In this document: positions 24,700 to 33,601 of the stretch, piece by piece
Position numbering within the stretch: position 1 is the first letter of the stretch
Layout: each line of letters opens with the position of its first letter
Source of the DNA: a virus
DNA: 53,541 nucleotides
Virus record (IMG/VR): IMGVR_UViG_3300022751_000003
Coordinates: 1-53,541 of that record
Direction: 5' to 3' (one strand)
The notes under the pieces: model-generated
What the model saw: the letters and a program-made list of their open reading frames with translations, nothing else
Databases searched by the model: none
Told to the model about the DNA's origin: nothing
Translations under genes and position numbers: made by a program

Positions 24700-24728
24700 G
24701 TTGGTAAAGTTAAACAATCCCTGCCTAA

Positions 24729-24752
24729 TAAAAAAGCCCCGGTTAGGGGGCT
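24729..24752 (-). terminator. intrinsic terminator after the 619-aa fibre gene
   Basis: Minus-strand AAGCCCC-UAACC-GGGGCUU followed by a U run. Confidence 0.55.
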
Positions 24753-26611
24753 TAAATTACTGTCATTCTAACCTGAATATAATTAAAGTTCACTGGAGTA
24801 TTTTGCCATGCGCTCGGTACTACATTTCCCCAATCAGAATACACCGTAACGAATTGCTCGTTATTGGCAGTCAATGTAGGAGCCGAGTTGCTACCCCTAT
24901 ATTCAAAAGACACCGTCCTACCGACCGCGTCCACGATTGGTGCGTTGCCCATGTAATCAGATTTGCCATTTAGGAAAATAACCGGGCTGATACCATAACC
25001 TGTACCAAATAGGCCAAAACCCATTGGCGTTAACTTGCCGGTAAATTTCCATGTATCCCATCCATAGGTATAAGGGAATCGTATATCTTGTTTGTAGGTG
25101 CCGAACGGGTTAACCATTTTAGCCATATTCCCGTTGGGATTGAAACCATGCAAGTAAGCATCACCCTGTATCATCAAACCACGCGTCGCCTCGTCGTATG
25201 CCATACCCTCAATTTCCTGACCTAATACAGGGTTTGCACCGCTCCAAATCTGGGTATGTGGCGAACTATGACTGTATAGATATATGGTCGCGCCTGGACA
25301 CGTAAAAATACCTGGAGTACCAACCGCAAGCCCCTCAGCCGCACCAGGCGTTACAAAGCTATCTATCGGGTTTTTAGTAACAAGATCGTAAATGTATAAC
25401 GTTACAATATTATTGAACTTAATATAAAGCTTTTTATCATAAACCGCAATCATGCCCGCTTCTCCGGCAACAGCAGGGAAATAATCAGTTTTTACTTTTT
25501 GCCCCTGCCTGTTTACGCATATAATAACGCGGTTCCCATTATTGGCAGAGTCTGCGCCCTTAATTGTTCCAAACACATAAATATATCCCTCTTCCGCATC
25601 GTAAGCATTCCCTTGAATGTGATCAAGATATGGCGTTACATCTATAATTCTCGTGTAGTTGGGCGTTATAGTTCCTGTAGGTGAATATGGGGACAATTCA
25701 TTTTGTCTCGCCAAAGCCATTCTCGAACTGGCGGCATAATTATAAAGTGAAAATATAAACATACGCGACACGGGATCAACAGACATACCCGTGTTGCCGG
25801 AAATATACCCGTTTGCAGCACTGCCATTAACAGTGTCGGTATTGGGCGCTATAGTATACGCCTCGTTTTCATATGGTAATACAGTATTGCTTATTTTAAA
25901 ACTCGTCTCATAGACCCCATCTGCCCTTGTAACCCGTAGAAAACCGGCAGATGACAACGTAGCTGTAAGATTTACAGATCCGCGCATCGTTATGAATATA
26001 TTGCCAGTTACATCAACATTTGTATAACTGTACTTTGCGCTCACATTCGCGCCAACCATACAGTATATGGTAACGGTATTTGCATTAACGCGTTCAATAA
26101 ATATTTTCAACCTTGCACCGGCAGATAAAGCCAAACTGGCATTCGCGCCTGCAAATGAAGCCACTGCCGCCTGTGGACCCCTTAACAGTGTTCCATTCTG
26201 AGCTACCTGAAAAAAGGAAATCGGATTAACCAACGTAGTACCGAATCCTATACCGATTTGATAAGAACTTGTAACGACACTGTTAATCAGTAAATCGAGC
26301 TGCGTTATCCGACTATTTAAAGGCCAAAACTTACCAGTATTAAAGTAAGTAACATATGAACTTGTTCCGGCATCGGTTGGACCTGTTAAAACCACTGACT
26401 GGCCAGAGGCATTTTGTGTTATTCCGGCTATGGTAGCAGGTGGTACGGGGCTTTGTGTAGAGCCAGAAGAAAAACGCACGTATGGCATGGGTAGCACTAC
26501 TGATTCGTTTTCAAAAACGGTATTATCAGAAAAGAAAGGCACCGGACCCTTTAACATAGCTGTCACCTTTTTCCCATTAGCAATAAGCGATGGTGTATCT
26601 GAAATTATCAT
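24752..26611 (-). CDS. tail fibre / receptor-binding protein candidate (619 aa)
   Basis: Large beta-rich S/T/N/G-rich ORF at the distal end of the tail module. Start overlaps the upstream fibre gene. Confidence 0.45.
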   Translation of the reverse strand: MIISDTPSLIANGKKVTAMLKGPVPFFSDNTVFENESVVLPMPYVRFSSGSTQSPVPPATIAGITQNASGQSVVLTGPTDAGTSSYVTYFNTGKFWPLNSRITQLDLLINSVVTSSYQIGIGFGTTLVNPISFFQVAQNGTLLRGPQAAVASFAGANASLALSAGARLKIFIERVNANTVTIYCMVGANVSAKYSYTNVDVTGNIFITMRGSVNLTATLSSAGFLRVTRADGVYETSFKISNTVLPYENEAYTIAPNTDTVNGSAANGYISGNTGMSVDPVSRMFIFSLYNYAASSRMALARQNELSPYSPTGTITPNYTRIIDVTPYLDHIQGNAYDAEEGYIYVFGTIKGADSANNGNRVIICVNRQGQKVKTDYFPAVAGEAGMIAVYDKKLYIKFNNIVTLYIYDLVTKNPIDSFVTPGAAEGLAVGTPGIFTCPGATIYLYSHSSPHTQIWSGANPVLGQEIEGMAYDEATRGLMIQGDAYLHGFNPNGNMAKMVNPFGTYKQDIRFPYTYGWDTWKFTGKLTPMGFGLFGTGYGISPVIFLNGKSDYMGNAPIVDAVGRTVSFEYRGSNSAPTLTANNEQFVTVYSDWGNVVPSAWQNTPVNFNYIQVRMTVI

Positions 26612-27321
26612 ATAGTCGTTGTTATTGCATAGTTAATAGTTGGGTCGAAATCGCCCGGTAACATAGCGTTTGCCTGCGCCCTCGTCAGGTTAATTTGCTT
26701 AGGCCGTAATGCCAGTTCGTCAAAAACACCATTACTCGACACGGGGTTATTGCTCCCGTCTGTGGGGGTTGCATCGACTGTGATGTTTGCGCCGTCGCCG
26801 GGGTCGCCTTTATCTCCTTTTGCGCCGACTAAAGAAGCAAGCCACTGGTTAATATTTCCAGAGAAACCAGCCTGAACCGCAACTTGATAAGCACTCAATC
26901 CATTCGCGCCAGGCTGACCATCTTCGCCAACTAATGATGCTAACCATTGTTGCTCTGTACCTACAAAGCCGTTATCTACAGCAATTTCGTATGCAGATTT
27001 ACCGTCCGCGCCTGTACCGACGCCTCCCTGCGAAGCTTCTCCAATTCCCAACGATTCAAAGTAGGCCTGTACATCAGCCAACACACCAATCCTTTCGCCC
27101 TCTTCATCACAAACAAGACTTGGGTAAACATCCGTAAAGCCAAGCGCAGGCAGCCCAACCACAAGCAGCGTAACCCGGTCGTCTTCCGGCACATCATTAT
27201 CGAGGGTAAAATATTTTGCCGCTAAATTCTCCGGAGCCGCTACAACTGTGCCGCGTCCGTTGTTAATGTGTATGGAATTGTCTTCTTTCCATACTTTTTG
27301 TTTTGGTAATTCGTAAGCCAT
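26608..27321 (-). CDS. tail fibre protein with short collagen-like runs and an internal repeat
   Basis: GADGKSAYEIAVDNGFVGTEQQWLASLVGEDGQPGANGLSAYQVAVQAGFSGNINQWLASLVGAKGDKGDPG, the SAYE.AV..GF.G....WL.SL.G motif common in phage fibres. Confidence 0.65.
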   Translation of the reverse strand: MAYELPKQKVWKEDNSIHINNGRGTVVAAPENLAAKYFTLDNDVPEDDRVTLLVVGLPALGFTDVYPSLVCDEEGERIGVLADVQAYFESLGIGEASQGGVGTGADGKSAYEIAVDNGFVGTEQQWLASLVGEDGQPGANGLSAYQVAVQAGFSGNINQWLASLVGAKGDKGDPGDGANITVDATPTDGSNNPVSSNGVFDELALRPKQINLTRAQANAMLPGDFDPTINYAITTTI

Positions 27322-27346
27322 TTGGTCAAAGTTTTATAAAACCAAA

Positions 27347-27376
27347 AATAGCTAAAATGTGATTATTTTAGCTATT
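27347..27376. other. perfect 12-bp inverted repeat (AATAGCTAAAAT-gtgatt-ATTTTAGCTATT)
   Basis: Read directly. On the minus strand it is followed by TTTTGGTTTT, so it could be a weak terminator or an operator. Confidence 0.5.
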
Positions 27377-27403
27377 GTAACGTATTTTTAACAGAATGGT
27401 AAT

Positions 27404-27778
27404 CTAACTCATTGTATCTACAAAAACTTTAGGCACGCGCTTATATGTTACAGACCATGTGAGAAACATAACAAGGATATAAGTAAGGAAATGATTCAAC
27501 CTGTCCCATGTAGTTAGTATATAAAGCGACTCCGGAATGGTCATGTGGTATTCGTAATACGCTTTAAACCTTGCCCAAAAAGCCGGTATCTCTGATGCTG
27601 TAGCAGATATATAGTAAAGAACAATTATTATTTGCACCCACCAATCATTCGATTTATGTTCCAGCCTGCGTAAGTACCGGACATGAAACCACGCCCAAAA
27701 GGGTAACATAGCTACAATTAGTATATTGATTGCAGTAATTATTAGTTGATTACTACTGACTGCTGTTTGTTGATCCAT
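27404..27778 (-). CDS. polytopic membrane protein (124 aa)
   Basis: Several hydrophobic segments: LIITAINILIVAMLPFWAWF, VQIIIVLYYISA, FLTYILVMFLTW. Confidence 0.55.
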   Translation of the reverse strand: MDQQTAVSSNQLIITAINILIVAMLPFWAWFHVRYLRRLEHKSNDWWVQIIIVLYYISATASEIPAFWARFKAYYEYHMTIPESLYILTTWDRLNHFLTYILVMFLTWSVTYKRVPKVFVDTMS

Positions 27779-28115
27779 TACCTTTAATATTAGTGAGGAA
27801 CGTTCCTCCTGTTATTATACCGTACCATAATGCCGCTAATAGCATGCCAGCATTTACAATAGCGTATAATTGAATTGGGAAACCATAGAAATCAAAGTCT
27901 AAAGTAGATTTTGCATAAGGTATTTGAAGAAATATAAAAGCGGCTGTACAACCTGCGGCCTTAACCCGTGCTGTAACTTTATTACTTTTCGGCTGGGTAT
28001 TAAGGCTCATTTTTATACTTCTATCTATATATTTCCATAATACAATGACTACACCAATAACAAAAATCACAATTTTAGCAAGTGCGAACCATTGCTCTTG
28101 GCAGCCTATATTCAT
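27753..28115 (-). CDS. polytopic membrane protein (120 aa)
   Basis: Hydrophobic segments FALAKIVIFVIGVVIVLW, AAGCTAAFIFLQI, LYAIVNAGMLLAALWYGIITGG. Confidence 0.55.
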   Translation of the reverse strand: MNIGCQEQWFALAKIVIFVIGVVIVLWKYIDRSIKMSLNTQPKSNKVTARVKAAGCTAAFIFLQIPYAKSTLDFDFYGFPIQLYAIVNAGMLLAALWYGIITGGTFLTNIKGNGSTNSSQ

Positions 28116-28119
28116 TATA

Positions 28120-28482
28120 TTATTTAAATAATCCGTTTCTCCATGAACTAATAAATACTAAAGTACAAATCAATATCCAAAAGCAGTTGTATGCTGTAAT
28201 CTGTATAATTGGGTGGTTTAGTATTCCGTGGTGCGTTAAAATTATTAATAAAAAGTTACAAATCACACATATTGCAGTAAATCTTCCTATAAGTTCCCGC
28301 ATAAACGTGCTATAGCCGTTCCAGCTATCAACAACATAATAAGTTAAAATTAAAGCCGTGGTGTATGAATACCACAGCTTCTTAGTCTCGGGCAAATACG
28401 CCGGATTGGTTAAATTACATACGTAAGCATTGAACGACAATAGATAGGCTACTAAAGCCAATATTGAACTGGCTAATCTCAT
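28120..28482 (-). CDS. polytopic membrane protein (120 aa)
   Basis: About four hydrophobic segments: SSILALVAYLLSF, TTALILTYYVV, FTAICVICNFLLIIL, CFWILICTLVFISS. Confidence 0.55.
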   Translation of the reverse strand: MRLASSILALVAYLLSFNAYVCNLTNPAYLPETKKLWYSYTTALILTYYVVDSWNGYSTFMRELIGRFTAICVICNFLLIILTHHGILNHPIIQITAYNCFWILICTLVFISSWRNGLFK

Positions 28483-28661
28483 GGATGGCCACCAATATCA
28501 AGAACGCATTTTTGTAGAGTTTCGCTCCAATAGTACCCAGTATCGCAATCATGATCTCTCTGCGTTTCTGATCCTGGCTTAATAAGCCCCATTAATTCAA
28601 AACCCTCAATTACTTTTTCTTTGCCGATTTTATCGACTAATTTTTTAACGATTTGTTCCAT
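28479..28661 (-). CDS. hypothetical soluble protein (60 aa)
   Basis: ORF with an ATGA overlap to the next gene. It shares a 15-nt start context with the gene at 27321. Confidence 0.45.
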   Translation of the reverse strand: MEQIVKKLVDKIGKEKVIEGFELMGLIKPGSETQRDHDCDTGYYWSETLQKCVLDIGGHP

Positions 28662-28804
28662 TTGGTCAAAGTGTTTTTATTTACCCGAATATACGATTTT
28701 GAAAAGAAACAGAAAACCAGAATAAAGGTCACAACCAAGAATATTTCTATTTTAATAATAGCTACTCCACATAGTGTTTTTATTTCTGATTCTGTTGGTT
28801 TCAT
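28637..28804 (-). CDS. single-TM small membrane protein (55 aa)
   Basis: The ATG (MKPTESEIK) overlaps the stop of the upstream gene by 1 nt (TAATG). TM segment IEIFLVVTFILVFCFF. Confidence 0.4.
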   Translation of the reverse strand: MKPTESEIKTLCGVAIIKIEIFLVVTFILVFCFFSKSYIRVNKNTLTKWNKSLKN

Positions 28805-29397
28805 TAGAATGCATCCCTGTAAAGCCAAAAATTAGTTAGTGAACTTGTTCCCAAACCGACACCAGTAAACTGCAAAGATACACTCAATGTATTGTCTGTA
28901 GAACCGGTAGCCGCGAACGCTCCGACAGGCGTAGCGGAAGCGGTAGTTAAGTTAATAATCGTTCCGTTAGGCTGTCTTATTTCAGCAAAGGGTATCTGAG
29001 TATTCATGCCGGTAGCAATCATATAAAACTCAACCGTGAACAACTGGTTTGCAGCGCCGCCTGTGAGAGGCGTACTGCTTAATAGGTTGAACGTTTGACC
29101 CCCATATTGAAATGTTATTGAAAGCCCTGGTATACTAATAAGAGGGGTTGTAAGTCTAAAGGTCATATACAATCTGTACCAACGCGTAGGGATAAAAGTA
29201 TTGGCGGGGATGACTTCGCTATAGAAAACAGTTGAGGGGCTTGATTGCGTAATCGTGGTTCCAGGCGACATAGATATTATGCCGCCCATTGGTGTAACAA
29301 TCTTATTGGATTGCCCCTGAGCCTTGCCAATATTCCCGTGGGATATTTGCCAGAATAAAAACAACAACGAAGTGGTGTAGAATAATATTCGCTTCAT
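28804..29397 (-). CDS. exported protein (197 aa, Sec signal peptide)
   Basis: N-terminus MKRILFYTTSLLFLFWQISHGNIGKAQG. The rest is S/T/G-rich and beta-rich. Confidence 0.55.
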   Translation of the reverse strand: MKRILFYTTSLLFLFWQISHGNIGKAQGQSNKIVTPMGGIISMSPGTTITQSSPSTVFYSEVIPANTFIPTRWYRLYMTFRLTTPLISIPGLSITFQYGGQTFNLLSSTPLTGGAANQLFTVEFYMIATGMNTQIPFAEIRQPNGTIINLTTASATPVGAFAATGSTDNTLSVSLQFTGVGLGTSSLTNFWLYRDAF

Positions 29398-29398
29398 T

Positions 29399-32300
29399 TT
29401 AGTAAACTGTTATTGTGCCGTTAAGCGGTTGTAGATAATATGAGTTAGTTCCGGTTGGAATAAGTTGAACCTTTTGACCTTGTGTAAGAGTTGCTCCGCC
29501 TGTACCCGCAGTTGTAGCGAAAGTAGTACCGCTTTGCATAGAATAACCGGATGGTACAACTATTTTAGCGCCGCCTGTGCCTGTTACAAGTATGGTGATA
29601 ATCTTAGTGCCATCAGATGTAAAACCATTACATGGGGGCAAAGTAAGGTTATACTGCGTAGCGGATGTATTTATATAATCCCCGTTCAATAGCATGGTTG
29701 CATTAGCGGAAACGTTATAAGGCGTACGATACATCGGGTCATTCCCCTTAACCAACGTATACCTTGTACCATCACAATAAAACATTGCACTATTTAGCAC
29801 ATTGTACGTTGTCGAAGTTGTTTTTGTGTTTGGATCCCAAATATTGCCCCCTGACGAAATACTTACTTGAATGGTATTTGCGCTTGCATCTGTTTTAACA
29901 ACCGTAAAGTAACTCCCCCTGCTTAACTCCGAGTCGAACCCATCGGTTAATGCCGGCAATGAAAACGGGATATTACCAGATGTACAATCGTACTGTACTA
30001 TCCTATCGTATACGGTTGCACTATAACTTGCTGTTTTTGGCGTTGCGTTTACGCGTAGCTGGTTAACTTGCCTGAACCCTGCTAATGTATCGGTGTTTTG
30101 CGTAAGTGTTTTTTGGTATATGCTATTACTGTTTGGGCTGGTAGTTCTCAACTGAACACCGCCCAAGCCTGTATTCCCGTTTCTAACCTGCGCGTATGCT
30201 CCGAATAAACCACCAGAGCCTATTATGTTTATTCCATTAATATTCCCGCTTACGTTTAACGTCCCCGTTATTGTTTGAGGATTAACCTTATTAAGCTTGT
30301 CGTAGTAATAGCTTGTTAAAGCCAGGGTGTCGTTCGCGTTACCGTTTACAGGTAGTACATATGCGCGTGTTCCGGTTGTAAAAGTGCTTGGTACTCTAAG
30401 GCTTACCGTTCCAGTTGCATTACTATCTACCCTTAACGTCCATGCACCGCTGGTTGTAACGGCGTTTCTTATCTCTACTGAACTGGTGAAAAAAGCAGGA
30501 GCTTTCCATCTTTTAGACCCAGTAACATCTTGGCTCGTTGTACGAGTTACCGCATCCCCTACGTTAGTTGTATAAGTCCTGTTAGCGCTTAAATCTTGAG
30601 TTACACCATCAATAGTAATGGTTCGAGTTGTTGGAACACCTGCCGTAACGTCGCTTAAATAGGCTAATTGATTTTCTGTTGTTCCGTCCAAGTACCTCAA
30701 GCGCGTGTTAGCAGTGCTTACGTATAATGAGTACGCGTTGTTTGTTGTAGGTGTTATAGCCGCTTGGTTTTTAAATTGCAAAGGTGGCAAAGTACTGCCG
30801 TTGGGATCAATCAAAAATAAAGAATATGGGTTAACCGATTTATTAACATCCATAAAATTAACGCCGTGGTATCTTAAAAGCATGTTGCCATCAGCGCCTA
30901 TTTGCCATGGTTTATACCCCCCTATATCAGCATTCAAATATTGGCCTTTAAGAACAACTTGGGATGAGCCAACCCCACGAGTAATAACATTAGCTTCCCC
31001 GTATGATTGACCGTCGGTAACTTGGTCTATGGTGTTTGAAATAACCGTACCCGCAGATGCCGACGGTACACGTCCACTATTATCAACTGTATTACCTGCT
31101 GTATTAAACAAATTCAACGTAACAGCATTGCCCGATAAATCGGCGCGGGTTGTTCCAGATGTTTCGTCTAACTCATACCTTACAACTAAATTTCCAGTAT
31201 ATGGCGGGTTGGTTCCTAATCCACTGTTATAGTTAACCGCTACATTGGCAGCTGAAATATTTGCATTGCCGAATTTAACCTGGTCGAAGCTACCGCTACA
31301 ATATAAACCCGGTGTTAAATCCCTTCCTATAAAAAAGCCAGCGCCGTTTCCAATATCTAAAGTTACTGTTTGAGTTGCTTTAGCAACACCGTCTAAATAG
31401 GTACGTATTATAGTACCGTCATATGTTACGTCAATATGGTGCCATTGTTGATCTGTAACTATATCGCCTGCTATGTTAACAGATACGTTACCACCTACAC
31501 TATTTATTGCTCCAAACCTGGCGTTGCCACCTACAATTGATATACCTGCGGATTTAGCCACCGATCCCCATTTAACCATAACACCCTGAGTGCCTGAACC
31601 TGTATACCTATACCAGTAATCCACATAAAACGGTGACGCCCCTGATGGGAACAATGCATCGGAGGCGCTCGCATATTGTGTAGAGGACGCAAGCAAATTC
31701 AATGCGCGGCCTGCATTCCCAGCTGGTTTATTGCCATTGAATATGGTGAAGTTATTCAGCAACGCATCTAACTGCATCCCGCCTGAACCGCCAGTAGTAG
31801 TTAGACTGAATTTGGGTAGTGTTTTACTAATGGTCTGATCTGCCGTAAAAATATTGGCCAATTCCAAGCCAGGTACCGTGTAAGAAGCATCTACGAAGTT
31901 GTAAACCCGGTCGGCTGTTAAAGCGGGGCTACCAAGTGTCCGCGTAAACCCCAACGGCGACTTCCATGAAAAACGCCCCGTAGCATCAGCGAATAGGTTA
32001 AAGCCGCCTGTGGGCGTTGCTGGCATAGTGCTTTGCGACGGGAAGAATGAATAACCGTTGCCGCCTGTACCGGTAACATCAAATCCTAAAGCCGAAATTC
32101 GTAAAGTAGTTGCGTTGCCTCTGTTTGTTACGGCCTGTAAGTTCTCTAAGCCAAATTTGGTTTGTAGTTGTGCTAATGATAAACTGTTTGCCGTGGTTCG
32201 GATAAGGGTTGTATCTACAAAGAACTGTGTGCCGGTCAACCCAAGCCCGTAGCCATTGGTATAAGTTAGTCCGTAGCTAACAGTATTCCAAGCCGATGTA

Positions 32301-32572
32301 CTGTTGTTCCAACGGTAGGTTAAATCGGTAGCCCTAACATAAACCTCCATACCATCCCTTAATAATTGAGGATAGTAAGTGTTTAATGAATCGCGCCCGG
32401 CCAATGTAGCGTATGAATGCCTGCCTCCATTTAGCAGCACACTGTAACCAGTTGGGTAAGCATCGCCCGAGGCATTACGGATGATTGGCGCGCCTACCTT
32501 TATACCATTTGTATAAATTTGCGCGTTTGCCAAAAATGGCAGTAAGAAAAGTATGTGTAATAGTTTTTTCAT
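29399..32572 (-). CDS. large exported fibre-like protein with LamG/concanavalin-like segment (1057 aa)
   Basis: The start at MKKLLHILFLLPFLANAQ is 1 nt after the upstream stop. LamG_3-like ...YVDYWYRYTGSG...WHHIDVTYDGTIIRTYLDGV... Fibre-like LENLQAVTNRGNATT. Confidence 0.55.
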   Translation of the reverse strand: MKKLLHILFLLPFLANAQIYTNGIKVGAPIIRNASGDAYPTGYSVLLNGGRHSYATLAGRDSLNTYYPQLLRDGMEVYVRATDLTYRWNNSTSAWNTVSYGLTYTNGYGLGLTGTQFFVDTTLIRTTANSLSLAQLQTKFGLENLQAVTNRGNATTLRISALGFDVTGTGGNGYSFFPSQSTMPATPTGGFNLFADATGRFSWKSPLGFTRTLGSPALTADRVYNFVDASYTVPGLELANIFTADQTISKTLPKFSLTTTGGSGGMQLDALLNNFTIFNGNKPAGNAGRALNLLASSTQYASASDALFPSGASPFYVDYWYRYTGSGTQGVMVKWGSVAKSAGISIVGGNARFGAINSVGGNVSVNIAGDIVTDQQWHHIDVTYDGTIIRTYLDGVAKATQTVTLDIGNGAGFFIGRDLTPGLYCSGSFDQVKFGNANISAANVAVNYNSGLGTNPPYTGNLVVRYELDETSGTTRADLSGNAVTLNLFNTAGNTVDNSGRVPSASAGTVISNTIDQVTDGQSYGEANVITRGVGSSQVVLKGQYLNADIGGYKPWQIGADGNMLLRYHGVNFMDVNKSVNPYSLFLIDPNGSTLPPLQFKNQAAITPTTNNAYSLYVSTANTRLRYLDGTTENQLAYLSDVTAGVPTTRTITIDGVTQDLSANRTYTTNVGDAVTRTTSQDVTGSKRWKAPAFFTSSVEIRNAVTTSGAWTLRVDSNATGTVSLRVPSTFTTGTRAYVLPVNGNANDTLALTSYYYDKLNKVNPQTITGTLNVSGNINGINIIGSGGLFGAYAQVRNGNTGLGGVQLRTTSPNSNSIYQKTLTQNTDTLAGFRQVNQLRVNATPKTASYSATVYDRIVQYDCTSGNIPFSLPALTDGFDSELSRGSYFTVVKTDASANTIQVSISSGGNIWDPNTKTTSTTYNVLNSAMFYCDGTRYTLVKGNDPMYRTPYNVSANATMLLNGDYINTSATQYNLTLPPCNGFTSDGTKIITILVTGTGGAKIVVPSGYSMQSGTTFATTAGTGGATLTQGQKVQLIPTGTNSYYLQPLNGTITVY

Positions 32573-32573
32573 A

Positions 32574-33482
32574 TTATTGTGTAACCATTGTTGTGTTCCC
32601 GGCTGTTGCATTTTGCTGAGTGTATACCCTTAACGTTACACTGGCTCCGTCTACGTTATTCAAAGTCCTGCTAGTTGGCGTATATGACGTTAGCCCCTCC
32701 AATCCATTGGCATCTTTGATACTTGTTAAAGCTCCTGCGGCTGACCTATAAGCCAAAAATGGGTAGTTTGTGCCACTTGCAACTATAACAAAGGTGCCAT
32801 TCCTTGCATTATTCAATTCAATACCGCCGCCCGATGCTGCTAATATCTCAGCATCTGTTGGAACCAACCCCGCCGACCTTCCCCAAAAACGTTCATTTAC
32901 ATAATTAACCGTTGCACTCGCACTGGCTGATTTGCTCCCCGCCGTTGCCGTGAAAGTTATAGTAGTGCTTGTGTTAGTAGGATAGCTTGCGTTGTACGTA
33001 TCGCTACCACCTGCCGGGTTAGCCCCGCTTGTTTGACCGCCGCCGCTTGAATTGGTAAATTGCAAGCCGGTAAAATTCGGTGTGCCTGTTTGCTTTGAAT
33101 ACGTGCCTGTAAAAGTTGTACTTTGCGTAGTGGCTGCTGTTAACCTACGCGTTACACTCGTTGGGGATATGCTTACAATAGGATTTTGCGCCTGACTAAT
33201 ATCCTCCACCAAGTCCGTAAAGCTGTTAATTACCTTGCCAACCGTAAAAGTACTACGCGTAATGGTAAATGGGAACTGATTTGTAGCGGTTGTAAGCGGG
33301 TATCCGAACCTGTACAGTCCTGCATATTGCCCGAAGTAAGTAACAGGATAGTTACCGTCCATCCTTGCCGTATTCTGGCTCTGTGTGGTGCCGGGAGGGG
33401 GTGTTGCGCTGTTGGTGACTTGTGCACTCGCCACCACGCTCCAGCAACACAATATATATAAGAACATTTTCCTGATGGTCAT
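32574..33482 (-). CDS. exported protein (302 aa, Sec signal peptide)
   Basis: N-terminus MTIRKMFLYILCCWSVVASAQ. The rest is S/T/N-rich. Confidence 0.55.
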   Translation of the reverse strand: MTIRKMFLYILCCWSVVASAQVTNSATPPPGTTQSQNTARMDGNYPVTYFGQYAGLYRFGYPLTTATNQFPFTITRSTFTVGKVINSFTDLVEDISQAQNPIVSISPTSVTRRLTAATTQSTTFTGTYSKQTGTPNFTGLQFTNSSGGGQTSGANPAGGSDTYNASYPTNTSTTITFTATAGSKSASASATVNYVNERFWGRSAGLVPTDAEILAASGGGIELNNARNGTFVIVASGTNYPFLAYRSAAGALTSIKDANGLEGLTSYTPTSRTLNNVDGASVTLRVYTQQNATAGNTTMVTQ

Positions 33483-33554
33483 AACATTTCCTGATAGGTT
33501 GGGTTAAAGTTATATAATTTTCTGATAACGGCAAAATTGTGATAGAATGGGGTG

Positions 33555-33562
33555 TATGTTTG
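33555..33562 (+). promoter_or_regulatory. candidate -7 box (TATGTTTG) for the antisense gene
   Basis: TAnnTTTG match about 40 nt upstream of the ATG at 33602. Confidence 0.3.
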
Positions 33563-33601
33563 TGTAATGCCAGTGGTTGGCAGGATAAAACAGCGACAAA
33601 A

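Noticed and set aside
27404-28482. Three roughly 120-aa multi-TM proteins considered as GtrA-like flippases of a serotype-conversion gtrABC set
   Set aside because: Only size and TM count fit. The sequences do not resemble the GtrA pattern I know, and no bactoprenol glucosyltransferase gene is adjacent; the GT genes are 20 kb away.
33186-33534. Overlapping ORFs 33186..33461 (+), 33230..33427 (-) and 33352..33534 (-)
   Set aside because: They are alternative-frame or antisense shadows of the 302-aa exported-protein gene, with Arg/Cys-rich nonsense-like translations.
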